Source of the DNA: Lama guanicoe
Taxonomy: Eukaryota
DNA length: 64,000 nt
Reading direction: 5' to 3'
Assembly: GCA_013239625.1 (NCBI GenBank)
Contig: MU056050.1
Coordinates: 2,962,084 to 3,026,083, forward strand
In this document: one piece after another, positions 50,751 through 64,000 of the stretch
Layout of the letters: every line of letters begins with the position of its first letter
Numbering within the stretch: the first letter of the stretch is position 1
Translations under genes and position numbers: made by a program
Notes under the pieces: model-generated
Seen by the model: the letters and a program-made list of their open reading frames with translations, nothing else
Databases searched by the model: none
What the model was told of the DNA's origin: nothing

Positions 50751-52784
50751 GGAAAGCCGAAACAGTATATACTCTGCCAATTAAGGGGTATGCAGTGCGG
50801 AGGGAGGCAGGAGGCGTAAACCATACACAGGCAGGCAAGTCACCAACTGGTTCACAATCTTACCATTATGAAATCTGTGAGACATGAATTTTTAATTCTT
50901 CCACACAAGCCTCTGGAATAGGGTTCGCAAAAGTGTAGTTTGGGGAGTCATGTTGAAACTGTCACGACAAAGTGGTGGTTGGACTACAAGATGAACTGTA
51001 AGGTCCCTTCAAATTCAGAGATTATGAAATGGAAGAATATGTTTTAACCTGATTTATCTGTCCCCAATAAATGTCAATTTCTTTCTCTCCTCTGTCATTT
51101 TCATTGGTGCTTGTATCTGTGCTATGACACTTGTCATAGCCTGTCTAGGATGAGAGTCATAGGTCTGTCTTTCTTAATAGATAGTCACTCCAGGGCAAGG
51201 ATGGTGTGATTTTCTTGTGCGTACGTCCCAGGGCCTGGTGTACACAGCACATGCTCAAGAAAGCTTCATCGAATTTCAACTCAAATATTTCTATATGAAG
51301 TTATAAGAGACTTCCAACCTGTCCTCACAGCACTACTTCAAGGATTTCAGAGACCACTTTGAGGTTCCTGTGTGACAGATGTCTTACATTTCATTGACTA
51401 AAAGCCAGCATTCTGGATTGCGAATTACGACTTTCTCATCATGAGAGTTTTGTTTGATAATTGACTACTTCAGGGAATTAAATAGTACCCCTGTGACTGG
51501 AAAGAATGAATGAATAGTCCTCCTCAGATGCTAAATTTATGAACACTACCCCATTATTCCTTTATATACTACCATGTAATTCAAATACACGTGACGGTTC
51601 TAAATATTCAGATATTTGGGGGGTTTCCACACATCACATGCTCATTTTTTGATATATGTTATCTAAACTGGTACAGCACCATGAAAAACATTTAGTGTTA
51701 TAGCATAAACCCATTTTCACATTCTGAAAATGCGAATGCAGTGAATGTTCATATGCAATCCCAACAAAATCTCATTAGTTTTTACTTAAATAGAGCAGGC
51801 TGATTTAATCCTACTCCAATGGTCACTAGCCCAAATAAATAATACCTACCAAATGGGTAACATTAAAAGCAGCTGGGAGCATTACCCATCAACATTCTAG
51901 GACTTTGGGAAAGGTGGTGCTATTGAAAATGCAGATAGCTTTTTAAGCAGAATTATTTTCCTCATGGCTAGTGATGTTTCAAGTGAAACAAAATGGGGGC
52001 ACTCACCCTGAGGTAGGGTGGTTATTTTCCCATCTGCCCTGGTAATTGCTTGTCAAAAGTAGGCTTGCGTTGGATGCCTGAGATCCCCAAAGTAATGGGA
52101 AAAAGATCAAGTGTTTTGAAGCAATAAGAAAACTGACGACACAGTCACATTTTCAGGACCGTGTAAGTGCCAGTTTGCTTCATTTAGACACATGACTATT
52201 TTTGTCCAGAATTTGAATCCTGAAATATTTGTCCTGGAAGCCCTTGCAACTCTTGAATAGTCTCAAGTTTTATTTTATTTTTTTGGTTGGTTTGTTTTTG
52301 GCCTGTTTTACACATTACTCATTATGGTTTATCTTTGTAATCAGCCTTCTGGGGTTTTATTAACCTCATTAACCTTTCCTGTCACTTCTCTGTGAATCTG
52401 CCCTTCAAATAATGGAGAGGCATTAAATATAGGGCAAGTCGGCCTTGTTGGCTATATCCTGGTCGTGGGTTACCCTTCCCTCCAGGGAGGAAGAAGTGTG
52501 GGCTACCTTGGCACCCCAGTTCTACCTCTGACTTGTTAATAATCACCAATGTGACTTTTCCTAAGAAATGCAATTACTCTTGGCCTCATTTTTTCCTTAC
52601 GGAAAGTGAGAAGAATACTTCTTCCCTGTCTTATCCCCAGTCACCTCACAAACACGCCGTAACAATAAAATCACCTAGTAAAGCGACTGCCTTTTGAACT
52701 AGACCTTTCAAATTATATTCTATTATGTACTCTAATAATACATATATTAATATATACACAAATACATGCATTTGCATAAATAAG

Positions 52785-52960
52785 ATATTCATGAGGCACT
52801 TACTATGAGTCAGGTGCTGTGCCAGGCACTTTCCTTATTTTATTTCACTTACCATCAGTATAACCCGGAGTAGGTACAACTATTAGCCGTTTTAAAAATG
52901 AGGAAACAGATTCAGAAAGGTTTTAAAAAATTGCTCAAGATAACACAGCTAGTGTTAGAA
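52785..52960 (-). mobile_element. MIR SINE
   Basis: gtgccaggcactt...atgaggaaacagattcagaaaggtt...ttgctcaagataacacagctagt. Confidence 0.7.
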
Positions 52961-55900
52961 GTGGTGGAGGTCTTGGACCTGCACTCTAAAGGGCCTAAGC
53001 TGTAGATTTCTTTAGTCCAGATGTAAATAATGTGGCTATAAATGAAAAGAAAGTGCTCACCACAAAGATGGCGCCATCCACAGGATGTCACTACTTGGAG
53101 GCATTTACCAACCGTGGAGCACTTTCCATGTGCAGTCTGGGTAGCGAAGATGAGCTACAAGATGTCATTCATTCTTTCTCCCCAAACTTGCATTTACTCT
53201 GCCCTCTCTAGGGACAAGTTTAGATGACAGAACCAGCTAAAGTCACTGCAAGCAAATCCTATGGCTGAGAAGTACGTAATAAGGATTTGAGCCTTTCAAA
53301 CTGCAATCTCAATTGAGCGTTAATTAAGATAGATAAAACATTGGAAAATACCTATTCACACTGAGATAAGCTGTAGACAGCTACTGGTATTACTAATCAC
53401 CACTGTTAAGCACCTCAGAACATCTGAGTTTCAAAATATAAAAAATCAATTGAACAGCTTTTTAAAGAATTGTGCTCTGATTTCTTTGCCTAAGAGCCTT
53501 TGCAAAGAAAAGTCACACATTCTTTTTGGTACCTTACAGTGTTGACTGCTGATTTCGGGAGCTAGTCAGCACTATAAATCTTGGAACCCTCAGCACTTTG
53601 TAATTTTGTAAATGTGTCTTGAACATGTGTTTCCTGAACTTTAGCATTAGACAAAATAGTTGTCTGAAAATCAGGAGATCCCATCTTCACACACGTAACA
53701 CCTTTCACATAAACGAGATCAAAGTGCTTTATTAGCAAGTAGCAACCATCTTATTTCTCACTTAGGATGACAACTGCAGAAGTGATAAGCAAAGAAGGTT
53801 GCTTAGGAAAAGCAATGTGGGAAGACAGAGAGAATCACAAGAAATCATGGCAGAGCCAAACCAATTTTGGATCCCTTTTCCAAATGTGGGCAGGTTATGT
53901 GCAGTGCCTCCCTTTAGAAAGAAAGGTGAACACAAGACAGATCTGTAGGTGCTGATGCCTTAGAAAGAGCTCCCCTCAGTCCTTGGTTTACCCAATTCAT
54001 TCAGTAATTGTTGCCTTGTGTGTTTATCAGCCCCTAGTTGTGTACCTGGTATAATGTTTCTCACATTCTTAAGATTAAAAATTCACAAAAATCTGCCATT
54101 AGCAAGTAGACTTGGAGGTCCTTAACCTCTAGATTCATGAAAAACTTAAACACAAAGCATACTGATTCAAATTTGTACCTTAGCAAAATTACGAATGATT
54201 ATGTTATAGACCTTCTGGAGGTTACCTGGACATAGACCAAACTGTGAATGTTAACTCAATGAATGCTTTAATATTGTAATAACATTGTATTTCCTTATAA
54301 ATATTCTAGAATATAAGCTTTGCTTACCTCTTCTTTTTCATATTTCCAAATCAGGATGTGGTTTCTATGTATTTGATTTCTTTTAGGTTCAACACTAATT
54401 GAAGAAGATCTACTTTTTTTTTTTTCTTTTCACGACTAAATAGTCTAGGGCTTTTGCTGATTTCTCTTTCTCCAGGTTACTCAGTTTGTCTGGGGTATTC
54501 AGTTTTTCTGAAGGACAGGCACCCCATCCATTTAGTAGTAAAACCGAGTACAGTAACCTGTATGTAGTAATTCCCTGAGAAAGATTTCTTCTGCCTTTCC
54601 ATTTCACACAAGGCCACAGGATCATGATTCAGTAGTCCCTAAAAGTGACCGCCAGGCTCTGGCTTGTGTGAGACTCTACTGCATCAGGGTCCAGGTGGCA
54701 GGAAACATGCATGCCAAGATGATCTAACATAGATGGGTGCTATGAGGTCTCTGCTCTAGTGTCATCTCCCCAGAGAGCATTTCCTGGACTACTCTGTCTA
54801 AAATGGTCACTCTCTGTCCCTAACCCTTCTTTATCTCACTTGACAGTACTTAGACCTACCTGACATTTACCTTTTTCATTATTCTCAGTTTTCCTCGCTC
54901 GTCTGTATGGGGATGGCAAGTTGTCTGCAGCAGCCCCAGAGTCTAGGACAGTGCCAATCACCGAATAAATAAATGAACCAAGTAAACACTGTCATGTTCA
55001 TCAATCTCAAGCGTGAAATGATTAATCTTCCGCAATATGGATTATCTTGAAAGCAACTGTAGGATCTATTATTACAAATGATGCCAAAGTGTGGTTAATG
55101 GGAATTTTTTCACTGTGGTAAATGGGAACTTTTTCTCATGATTGTCTTTCCCCCTTGAATTCATCTGTTTAATACAAACATTTAAAATTGTATTAAACAT
55201 CATTTATAGCCCCAGATGTCAAAGAATGAAACTTCTTGCAAATAGTTAAGCTGCTCACTGTCCAAATAAGCTTTGTGTTTTTCCTCACAAGTCTTCAGTA
55301 GTCTCCTGTGTGTGTCAATTTTAGCAACTCTTCATGCTTATCTGAGTCAATAAGTCTCATTTCTAAGTTACTGCTGAAAACTTCCAGGTCAGTCTCACTT
55401 CTGTAATTGTTTAATGACTTAGTCTTATTTCCTAGAATACCTCTTGTCTTACATCCATTTGGGTTACTTGTCTGCCCCATCAAGGCTGTTGAATTGAGTT
55501 GATGAACCCCAAGCTCTCTGATGTTCCATAATCCATAGAATTTATTGCAAAATTGTAATTAATTTAATTATTTATGTATCTACTTGATGTTTTGACTGCT
55601 TCCATCAAGAGAATGTAAAGAGAGTTTAGTGAATAGGGGGACTCTGCCCTCCATCTGCGCAGTTCTTGGCACAGAGTGGGTACTCAAGAAATACTTGTTG
55701 AATAAATGGGTGAACACATATCCTCACCACTTTTTAAAAAATGAGTTGATATTAGGATATTAGATTACACTAGGGATGGCAGAGGACTTTCGTATCTCTT
55801 CTAGAGGAACTTAAAGTCCTCAGTTACTGTGGAAATACTAATATTTCAATAAAATGTACATTAAAAAAACAGTACTTTGTATGTGTCATGTATAGTTATT

Positions 55901-56772
55901 CTTAAGTCTTAGTCAAATGCAAGATCAGCAGCTTCTGTAGCAATGACCATCTTCCTGCAACCTTCCCCTTAACCTCAGTCTTGATTCAATAACTCACTTT
56001 GCCATTCACAGGATTTCAAATGGTATATATGTTCCCAGATCAACTAAATGCAGAAAAGCATATTATATTAAACAAGTTATGGTAAGTAATTACGGTTGTT
56101 ACCAGGTATCATGAATAATCAGGAGCATGAATCAAGATTTCATTACTGAGTGGGGTGTAGTCAAGGAAGGGCTTGGGTAAGTAAAGAGTTTGCCAAGAAT
56201 GCCATGCTGAAGGCGTCTGCAGCACTTCAGTTTGTTTTGGGGCACTGGGCTTTGTTTTTTTCATGAGCCGGAACACCAAAGCGAGCCAGTTCACAGCAGT
56301 CTTCCTACTGACTTCCTGACAGTGCTCCTTATTTTCTAATTTTTTGTGGGTTCCAAATTTTGATTATCTAGCCCACTGAAGGCAGAGAGGATTACTGATG
56401 CATACACAAAGTTACAAATGATGTCAATTATGGACAGGCTCTGACAGTGGTGGAATGTCTCATAAGTTAAAAAAATAAGAGTAATTACTTTGCTACTGTT
56501 ATATAATCACTTCATCTTTTATGAATTTGTTCCTGTGCTATTTGGAGAACAGCAATCCTACCTTCAGGCTGCCTCTACATTTGGGAATTGACTTATTTGA
56601 GGTCCTAATATCATCTGTGTGTTCTGGGCAACCGAAATGAGTTTTTCATTAGCAAATATGAGAAGAGCACTTCAGTATCACTACAACTAAGCCTCTCACT
56701 CTTTCACTCACCTTTTTTTTTTTTTAACCTGTTTTTTGCCAGATACTGTGTTAGGATCTGGGGATACAGCGG

Positions 56773-57324
56773 TATGGTAGATTAAGGATGTTCACAAATT
56801 CTTTGAAACTTTTCTCATCAAGAGGTGGGATTTATGACACTCCCTTTGAATCTGGACAAGCTCTGTGACTGCTTTGATTAATGATATATAACACAAGTGA
56901 CATTGGTACAATTTTGGGACCCAGGCCTTAAGAGACTGGTATCTTCTGTTTCTTGTTTCTTGGAACACTCCCTTTTGGAGCCCTGAGCAAACATATAAGA
57001 ACTCTGACAAACTCAAGGCTGGCTGCCATGCCAATCGGAAGCCCAAGTAGAGAGGCTCTGTGTAGAAAGACGGGTTCCTGGCTGCTGTCCAGCTGTTCCA
57101 ACATCCAGCTATTTGAGTTCTCCCAGCCATGAGCCCACAAGTCATGGATTAAAGACAATCCACCCTGGCCATACCCTGTCTGTATTTCTTTCTGTTTTTT
57201 CTTTTTTCCCTACCTGATTTTCTAACCCATAGATTCTATGATTCATGAAATATAATCATAATAAATTATTTTAATTCATTATGTTTTGGAGTAGTTTGCT
57301 GCATAGTGAGAGCTAATCAAAACA
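56773..57324 (+). mobile_element. MaLR solo LTR (MLT1G/H-like) nested in a minus-strand L2 3' end
   Basis: tggtagattaaggatg...caaattctttga...tttgaatctgg...tgtgactgctttga...gtagtttgctgcatag; L2 motifs on both flanks. Confidence 0.75.
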
Positions 57325-58032
57325 AGGAGAAATAAATCAGACTTGTCCTCACAGAACTTAAGAGTTAGCCATAAGGACAGTTCAGAGTTTATATAGACAC
57401 ATTCCAGTGTGGAGCAAGAAACTGAAATACAGCAACTTCACACAAAGTTAGAACTAGAAAAGAAATCTATCATCCCGCTCAACCTCTTGGTTTTGTAGCC
57501 TGTTAACAGTGCTGTCATGTGCTTAGTGCTTATTAAGTTTGGTCCCAACTCGAACTTTTCAACTAAGGTGATTCCACCAGAAGCAGGCACAAGAAGCTGC
57601 CACAACCATGCCCAGCAGTGTAACTGCAAAGTTTTAGATTTTCAAATTGTTCTTAAAACTTACTCTAAGTCACAAACATAAGTCAAATGCCTCTTGACAG
57701 ACACATCCTTCTCATAGAAAGTGAACATTTCGCTTCTACTAAGGTGGGACCTGGGTGTCGATTAGCCTAAGGTGTGAGGCAGACAGAGTGTACACCAATT
57801 TATTCATGGGGTACCCTAGTGAATTCAGGGTGGAAATAGCCTTCCATCAATTTGATTTTTAGCTCATGTTTAGTCACTTTTTTTTTTCTCTTTTTAAACC
57901 AACCGAGCAAAGGTTCAAAAATTTAGGAAAAAGATAAGATTGGATTTTTACAGACTCTCAGGGAAACAGATCAGAAAGAAAAAACAAACACTTGAGATCT
58001 TTCCAAGGAAAGCTATAGAAGCTGTGTAGTCA

Positions 58033-58262
58033 AGAGGCTACAAACTCCGAGAGGCATGTCATATTCATAGTCACAGTCCATCCAGAGGGGCAGCTGGCCC
58101 TCAGCTCTGGAACAGCGATGCCATGCCTATGGGCCCAGGGCTGTCAAACTTCATCAATTTTCTAGAGAAGGAAGACACTCCAGTTTTTATGTTAGATCTC
58201 TTAGTTTCTAAGTATTGGGCCAAACAAAATACATCTGTGGGCTGATATTAAGCAATCTCTGA
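58033..58262. mobile_element. MER102-like hAT-Charlie element
   Basis: ggggcagctg..ctcagctct...gggcccagggctgtca...gggccaaacaaaatacatctgtgggctg. Confidence 0.55.
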
Positions 58263-59199
58263 TGTAGACAACTTGATGTGGATTGATGGGGGGTGGTGTC
58301 AGCCTCTCTTGGCTACAAAACAGACAAATGAGTTTGGCCAGGCCTTGCTGTCAGCGGTTGCACTAACCCCGGTAGGATTTTCTTTTTTAAATGTACTTCT
58401 CCATTAGTAATGGCGAGTGAAATGTCTGCCTTTGCAAATTACTGCTGTCGTTTAGTTTAATGTACTCTTGTTTTTACATATTTATAAAAACCTTTTACAT
58501 TATTAATAGTGATTAAATGCTTAGACACTGAAGATCAATAATGCTTCTGTTCACCTATTTACATTATTAAAAAGTAATAAGTCATACAGGGCACGTAGAA
58601 AATGTGGTTTACTTTGTAGTCATGTTTGGAGTTGACTGAAAAAAAGAAAGAAACTCAGGCTACAGGGTAAAATGTATTTAAGGAAAAAACAGTAAGTGAG
58701 TTAGGCTGGCTGGAGACTCAACAGTGGGCAAGTGGCATGTAACAGTGACATCACACCGTCACAGGGCACAGGAGGTACACATTCCATGTGCTCTCACCTG
58801 CCAGTACGGCCAGCTCAGAACAAGAAAGGCTAGTCTCACTTGGATGCACAAGGATGAATAGCTATTTAACCTTTATGTGTCCTTGCAACAGTTAGTCACT
58901 CATATGCCACCATCTTTAGCTCCAAAGGCCTCTGATGGTGGCAACACTCAGCAGTAAGTCATCCGCGTGGGTCACATTTCCCCGGTAGCAAGTGAGCCCC
59001 TTGGCAATGATTTCTTTATTTGCCTACCCAGCTCTCACTCAATTATGTGGCAAAAGCGAAAAAGCAGAATGGATCCCCTGATTACAGTACCTAAGTATTC
59101 TAGATCTGTCTGAGGAGAACAACCCCACAGTCAGAGATGTCTAAGGGCCATAAGTCTTTTCAGGGTCAGCTAGCCCAGCTTTCTAAGAAGCCAAAGTGC

Positions 59200-59920
59200 C
59201 CAGCATAGTGGTTTAGAGGTCAGGCTCTCAGAATTAGTTGGCTTGGGTTCAAATCCTAGGTCTGACACTCATAGGCTGTGACCTTGGGCAAGTGACTTAC
59301 TTGACATCTCAGTTCTTGTTGTCTCACTTGAAAAGCGGAGATCATACAAGTGCCTACCATACAGGGTTTTGGTAAGGATTAAATGAGATAACCCATGTAA
59401 AGGCTTAGTACAAGACCTGACACTTAAGAAGTGCTTAGTAATAATTTACATGTAGCAAAAGTCCCATTTTAGCAGTTGTTCAAATGTGTTCTTCTACCAA
59501 GTTCATTAGCACTGGCTTGGAGTTCATAAATAATATCATTGAAATGTGATAAAATGAACTGGATTTTAAAATATATTTAAAATACACTTGGTTTCAAACT
59601 GTCCTGTGTTGACCCAGATGTCATTTATCCAGCATAAGTTAGATCCAAGTCACTAGGCTTATTTAAGGACCAGTTGAAATGGGGCAGCAGTGGTGTAACA
59701 GAAAGGTTACAAGAGTTGCTACGATATAAATTTGCTGGCTGTGTGCTGTTGGGCCACTTATTTAATCTCCCTGAACCTCAGTTTCCTCATGTATAAAATG
59801 CATCAAGACTAATACCTACTTAATGGGGATATGGTGAGAATAAAATGAATAATGTATGTCTGAGAGGTTCGCAAATGAAAAAGTACTATACAGATGTAAG
59901 AGCTGGTAACTATTATTATT
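59200..59920 (+). mobile_element. Two MIR SINEs (about 59200-59450 and 59685-59920)
   Basis: gggttcaaatcc...gctgtgaccttgggcaagtgactt; ctgaacctcagtttcctcat. Confidence 0.75.
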
Positions 59921-61911
59921 TATACTCTATGTGATCAGAGTTGGATTGATTTTACCCAGAGATACCCTGAATAACACTGCATGTGTTGATTTTTCAGAGG
60001 AAATATACTTAGACTGCTTGTCCCCACCTATTTCCCTTGGAAAAGTCCTGCACCTTTTCTGACAGGTTAGAGATGTCTGTCAGAGCTGAGACCACTGGAT
60101 GAAGGAGGTCGTCGTTCGGAATTCAAATGTGACTCGCAGAGTCAAATGATAACTTGGAGCCTTTTACAAAAGAATGAGGAAAACTCAATCAAACCCGGAG
60201 GAGGAGAAGGGCATTAAGCACCACAAGTAATAGGTTTGTTCTCTCTGTGAGCGGCTGGCAAGCGCTGCTGGAGCATGAAGCTGAACCGCAGGGGCTGAAG
60301 TTTCTCTCCACTTTTCTAAGTTTATTGCTCAAACGCCCTCCTCTGGGTCACAATGACTTGTCTGCCGTCTCTCTTAGGTCCTGACTTTCTCCCTTTCCTT
60401 GAGTTCAGTGAGTCAGTTAATACATATCTCCATGTCACGGAGGTTGGTATTTCATTTATTTATTTGTTTCCTTTGGGACAGACTTTTCCTTAAGCAAGAA
60501 GAATGCTTTTTGTTTCCTTTGTTCCTCTGCTGTGCAATAAATAAGTCTTCACTGTCTAAATAATTACTTTGACTGCAGCCCATTTGAAAGTTACTCCAGA
60601 GTTATTACTGAGCTGGGGGAAACACTTCAAAATGGGGATGACTGAGTCTCTTGGAAGAAGGCAAACTTTGACTACATCCCCTGGCAGAAAAGGCCTTTCT
60701 TGTGATGCATTGGCATTTGGGTTTTGGGTTCTGTCAGAGACTTTAAATAGAACTTAAAAGAACTGCACAATAATAAAAATAATAAGGAAGTTTTAAGTTT
60801 CAATAACAGTTCTAGTATACAATCTGTGGGAAGGATGCTGAGGGTTTTAAATTTACATGCACATTTTCCTCCCTTTTTCCACTGTGTATAGGTCAAGACT
60901 GAGTTGTAGTTTCCTTAGACTGTCACGCATATCAATATAAACATTTGGCCAAGTTTTTCTTGGGGACAGATAACACCTCCCAGGATGCAACTGAGTGGGT
61001 GGGATGTAGACAGGAGTTCCTGGACAAATACCTTCATTGGTTCCCCCCTTTTTAATTACTGTTTATAATAGTCTAGAAGCTAGTGAAATATTAGAAACAG
61101 AGTGAAGGAAAGAGTTTACTTCCATGGTTGGGGGAATTTGTTTTTCTGTTTCCCTCTGGTCCTCACTGTGTCCGAAGTGAACCTACAGTTGCCACAGCCA
61201 TCTTGCTACCAACCCGAGAATGAAGCTTATGATGAAGGTGATAGAATAGAGAAAAGGAAAGGACCTGGGGCTTTGCTGTCATTACTGAACCCTTACGTCG
61301 GCCAACCCTCAAGCCCCCCAGCTGCTCGACTTTGTATTGTTTCATAAATAATATTTAAACATGTTTAATGGTAGCAAGAACAAAGAAGGACATTTTTAAA
61401 AGAACAGAAATGTTGACTTCAGTGACTTACTTACATCTAGTGCTAATAACGAAACTATATCACTGCTGAAGGTGAAGCAGAGAATAACAATGAGCAAATT
61501 CATGTTATTATACTTCAAATGAGTAAGTTAATTTCAAAAAAATTTATTCCCTTAATGGGTTGGACTTTGGTCTCAGGTCTTTGGTGATAATTCATGCATT
61601 TGAGCTTTCCTAGAAGACAGATTTTCACAAGTCTGGCATTTCACTTTAGGATGTCAAACTCACCCAACTCTTTCATATGACACCATGAAATAAAACTTCA
61701 AATTAAGCTTTTGAAATTTAAGAATTTTTCAAGGGATCAATCCAGAAGCTCAACAATAAATTTGCAAATTATACTTCTGTTTTTGTCATTAAAAGCCCCA
61801 TTTATACTTTACTACGAATAATATACATCGTGTGTGTGTTTATCTTCCTTTCACAGTTAAGGAAAAACATGACCACTGTTCATTAAAGAATAACAATAAA
61901 TACACATATAC

Positions 61912-62128
61912 CTGCTGTCAAATGAGATCTCTGGAGGAATGACATGAGTACTGTCCTTGCCAATGAGGAATTTGATTCGATCATAGAAGAGTCTTGAAGC
62001 GTGTTGTGAGAAGAGAGGTTGGCTTTGCTGAATGAGGTCAAGAGGATCGGGTGAGCCTTGACAGAGTGGACTTACATAACAGTTGCTTTGTTGACAACAG
62101 TCGGGGTCCACACAGTCAGTCAAACCAT
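61912..62128 (-). CDS. TENM1: TENM1 coding exon, 217 nt: (D)GLTDCVDPDCCQQSNC...IPPEISFDS(R); Cys-rich segment after the EGF repeats
   Basis: Acceptor tttctttttcag|ATGG, donor GCAG|gtatat; phase 1 in, phase 2 out; overlaps ORF 61857-62123. Confidence 0.96.
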
Positions 62129-62640
62129 CTGAAAAAGAAAATTTTGAAATTTAGCTTCAAAAGAAATAATATAGCTTAAAATATGCACAGATGGAGAAGA
62201 ATCTAGAATATAGCCAAAGGTAGCTGTCCATGTTTTGAGTTTAGAATCTAGTAAATTCATGTGTTTCTCATGAATTATCACTCACTCTGAGTTTATATGG
62301 CACAAGAGTGAAATTCAAACTATGTTGTTCATAAATCTCTCCTTCCTGAATCCTCCAGCATTTATGGGCTGGACTACACTGTTCAGCATTTGAAGAGAGT
62401 GTTCTGTTAGGTATCACTCTTTTGAAGTTTCTCCTTCCTCAGCAAGACCATTCCTCCAGGATAGCAACTATGTCTTATAATTTTCTTGATTTTCTCACAC
62501 CATGTACACTTATGAATATATAGTTAACAAATGCTTGCCAATCTGAATTTGTATTTTTAAATAATTCTCCCAATATGCTCGTCTAGTCCTAATTCTCACA
62601 ATAGAGGTTGGTTCTTATGGTGACAGTGTCTAAAGCAGGG

Positions 62641-62787
62641 CAGTGATTTTCAAATGTGTAGTCAGTTACCTGGGGAGCTTATTAATTCTTGAGTCCCACC
62701 TATTGAAGCAAAATTTCTTCAGAGCCCAAGATTATGCCATGCTTAATCTCGGTGATTCTGAAGCATACTAAAGTTTCAGAACCACTT
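62641..62787. mobile_element. MER5-like hAT MITE
   Basis: cagtgattttcaaa...cctggggagcttatt...ggtgattctgaagca..ctaaagtttcagaaccact. Confidence 0.6.
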
Positions 62788-63044
62788 TTTAAGGAACCTG
62801 CAGAAGCAACTAGAGCTTACTGGTTCCTAACAGCAGTTATTTGAAGTAAACACTAATAAACCTTCAGTATATAGTGATGAGTGGCTCTCTTTAATTTCCC
62901 AGACCTTCACCATTTACTCCAAACCCCTGAATCCACGGTTGTTCCAATAAATAAATCACATAAAAGCTTCATTCTTTGGTAGAAGAATGATGTAGGTGGG
63001 GGACAGGGGTTACAGGAGGAGGGGAGACTATTGAGAATATAATA

Positions 63045-63389
63045 CAGTTGTTCCTTAGTATCTGAGGGGGATCAGTTCCAGGACCCCTGAGGGTACCAAA
63101 ATCCAAAGATGCTCAAGTCCCTTATATAAAATGGGGCAGTATTTGCATATAACCTACGCATACCCTCCCATATACGTTGTCATCTCTAGATTACTTATAA
63201 TCCCTAACACAATGTAAATACCATGTAAATTGTTGTAAATATAATGTAAATGACATGTAAATAGTTGTGAGGTGTGTGTCAAATTCAAGTTTTGCTTTTG
63301 GGAACTTTCTAGAATTTTTTTCCAAATATTTTTATCCGTGATTGGTTGGATCCAGGGATGCAGAACCCACAGATACAGAGAGCTGACTG
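63045..63389. mobile_element. MER2 (Tigger-family) MITE
   Basis: ta|cagttgttccttagtatctgaggggga...gatgctcaagtcccttatataaaatgg...cccacagatacagagagctgactg. Confidence 0.85.
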
Positions 63390-64000
63390 CAGGTGCACAA
63401 CACTGTGCTAGGTGCTTGGGGAAGAGGTGAAAAGACCCTTTTCCTGTTTTCAGGAGCTCAGAGCTTAGCAGGAGGAAGAGGGGGCATAAAACAGCTGACT
63501 CTTAGACCAGTTAAAAATGTAGTAAGTGTCATAGGAGCGTTACATGCGAAGAGAAGAGGCTGGAGTGATTAACTGAGCATATGGAAACTTAATTCCACAC
63601 CTAATAAGCCGAAAAAAATTAAAGTCCTTCCAAGGTCCTTAAAGTAGACAAGTAGCTCTAATTTAGATGCTTAACAAGGGTAAACATAAAGATGCTAATC
63701 TTGGCTTGCAGTGGAATAGGGAGATTCAGATGGATCACCAGCTCCTTAAGGCTGATGATGAAAGTTGCTGGCACCGGTTTCGTGCGGCTCTTTGGCTCGC
63801 TCTCCCTCCCTTACGTGGCCGCTCCTGTTGAGCTGGAGGGGGATGTACCACAGCTGGGGGCAATGAAAGCCAGGAACACCAAGAGAGTAGGCGTTTGGAA
63901 CAGTAGCCCTAGGGCACCCAGGAAATATTTTTCCCCACATGAGGTCCTTTCAAATTCCCTGCACTGTAGACACTACTTTGATTTAAAATGCAGTTTGCTG

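Larger units (their letters stand above)
1..64000 (-). other. TENM1: Internal portion of the teneurin-1 gene body; start and stop codons lie outside the window
   Basis: Eight phase-compatible minus-strand exons join into a continuous teneurin ectodomain frame (1515 nt with the microexon, 1494 nt without). Peptides such as [33 protein letters not shown] and [20 protein letters not shown] are recognisably the TENM1 paralogue. Confidence 0.95.

Noticed and set aside
922..62123. ORF-track starts and stops around TENM1 exons read as separate small genes
   Set aside because: The extensions are intronic read-through; the true limits are the GT-AG sites, and the phases join into a single frame.
63230..63265. 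Repeated atgtaaat octamer-like motifs
   Set aside because: They are an intrinsic part of the MER2 element.
665..63940. Numerous 60-137 aa ORFs in the track that do not correspond to TENM1 exons
   Set aside because: Lengths are as expected by chance, many use non-ATG starts or lie in L1/L2/LTR/MITE debris (14587, 15575, 40843, 41160, 56792), and none shows a recognisable host domain.

Overview
Mammalian genomic DNA, about 40% GC and rich in interspersed repeats, lying entirely inside one large minus-strand gene: teneurin-1 (TENM1/ODZ1, X-linked in eutherians). Seven constitutive coding exons (61912-62128, 45190-45309, 38479-38740, 35938-36205, 21887-22030, 14253-14502, 948-1180) splice with canonical GT-AG sites and matching phases into one open frame. 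That frame covers the post-EGF Cys-rich segment, the TTR/Ig-like domain, the FN-plug and the first NHL beta-propeller blades. A 21-nt in-frame microexon absent from the ORF track lies at 6361-6381 (adds RNRDTRH); it is the TENM1 counterpart of the teneurin beta-propeller splice insert. Two tRNA-Ala-derived SINEs and the young L1 3' end point to a camelid host. The introns hold L1, L2, L3/CR1, MIR, MaLR/ERVL LTRs and hAT/Tigger/Tc2 MITEs; family names are from memory and need a RepeatMasker check. I found no prokaryotic-type system. The best leads are the microexon and its splicing context (including five extra perfect 5' splice-site octamers in its two flanking introns), an L1 inserted at the branch-point zone of an exon, an unexplained degenerate ~157-bp triplication with an open frame, and a perfect 18-bp-arm palindrome.
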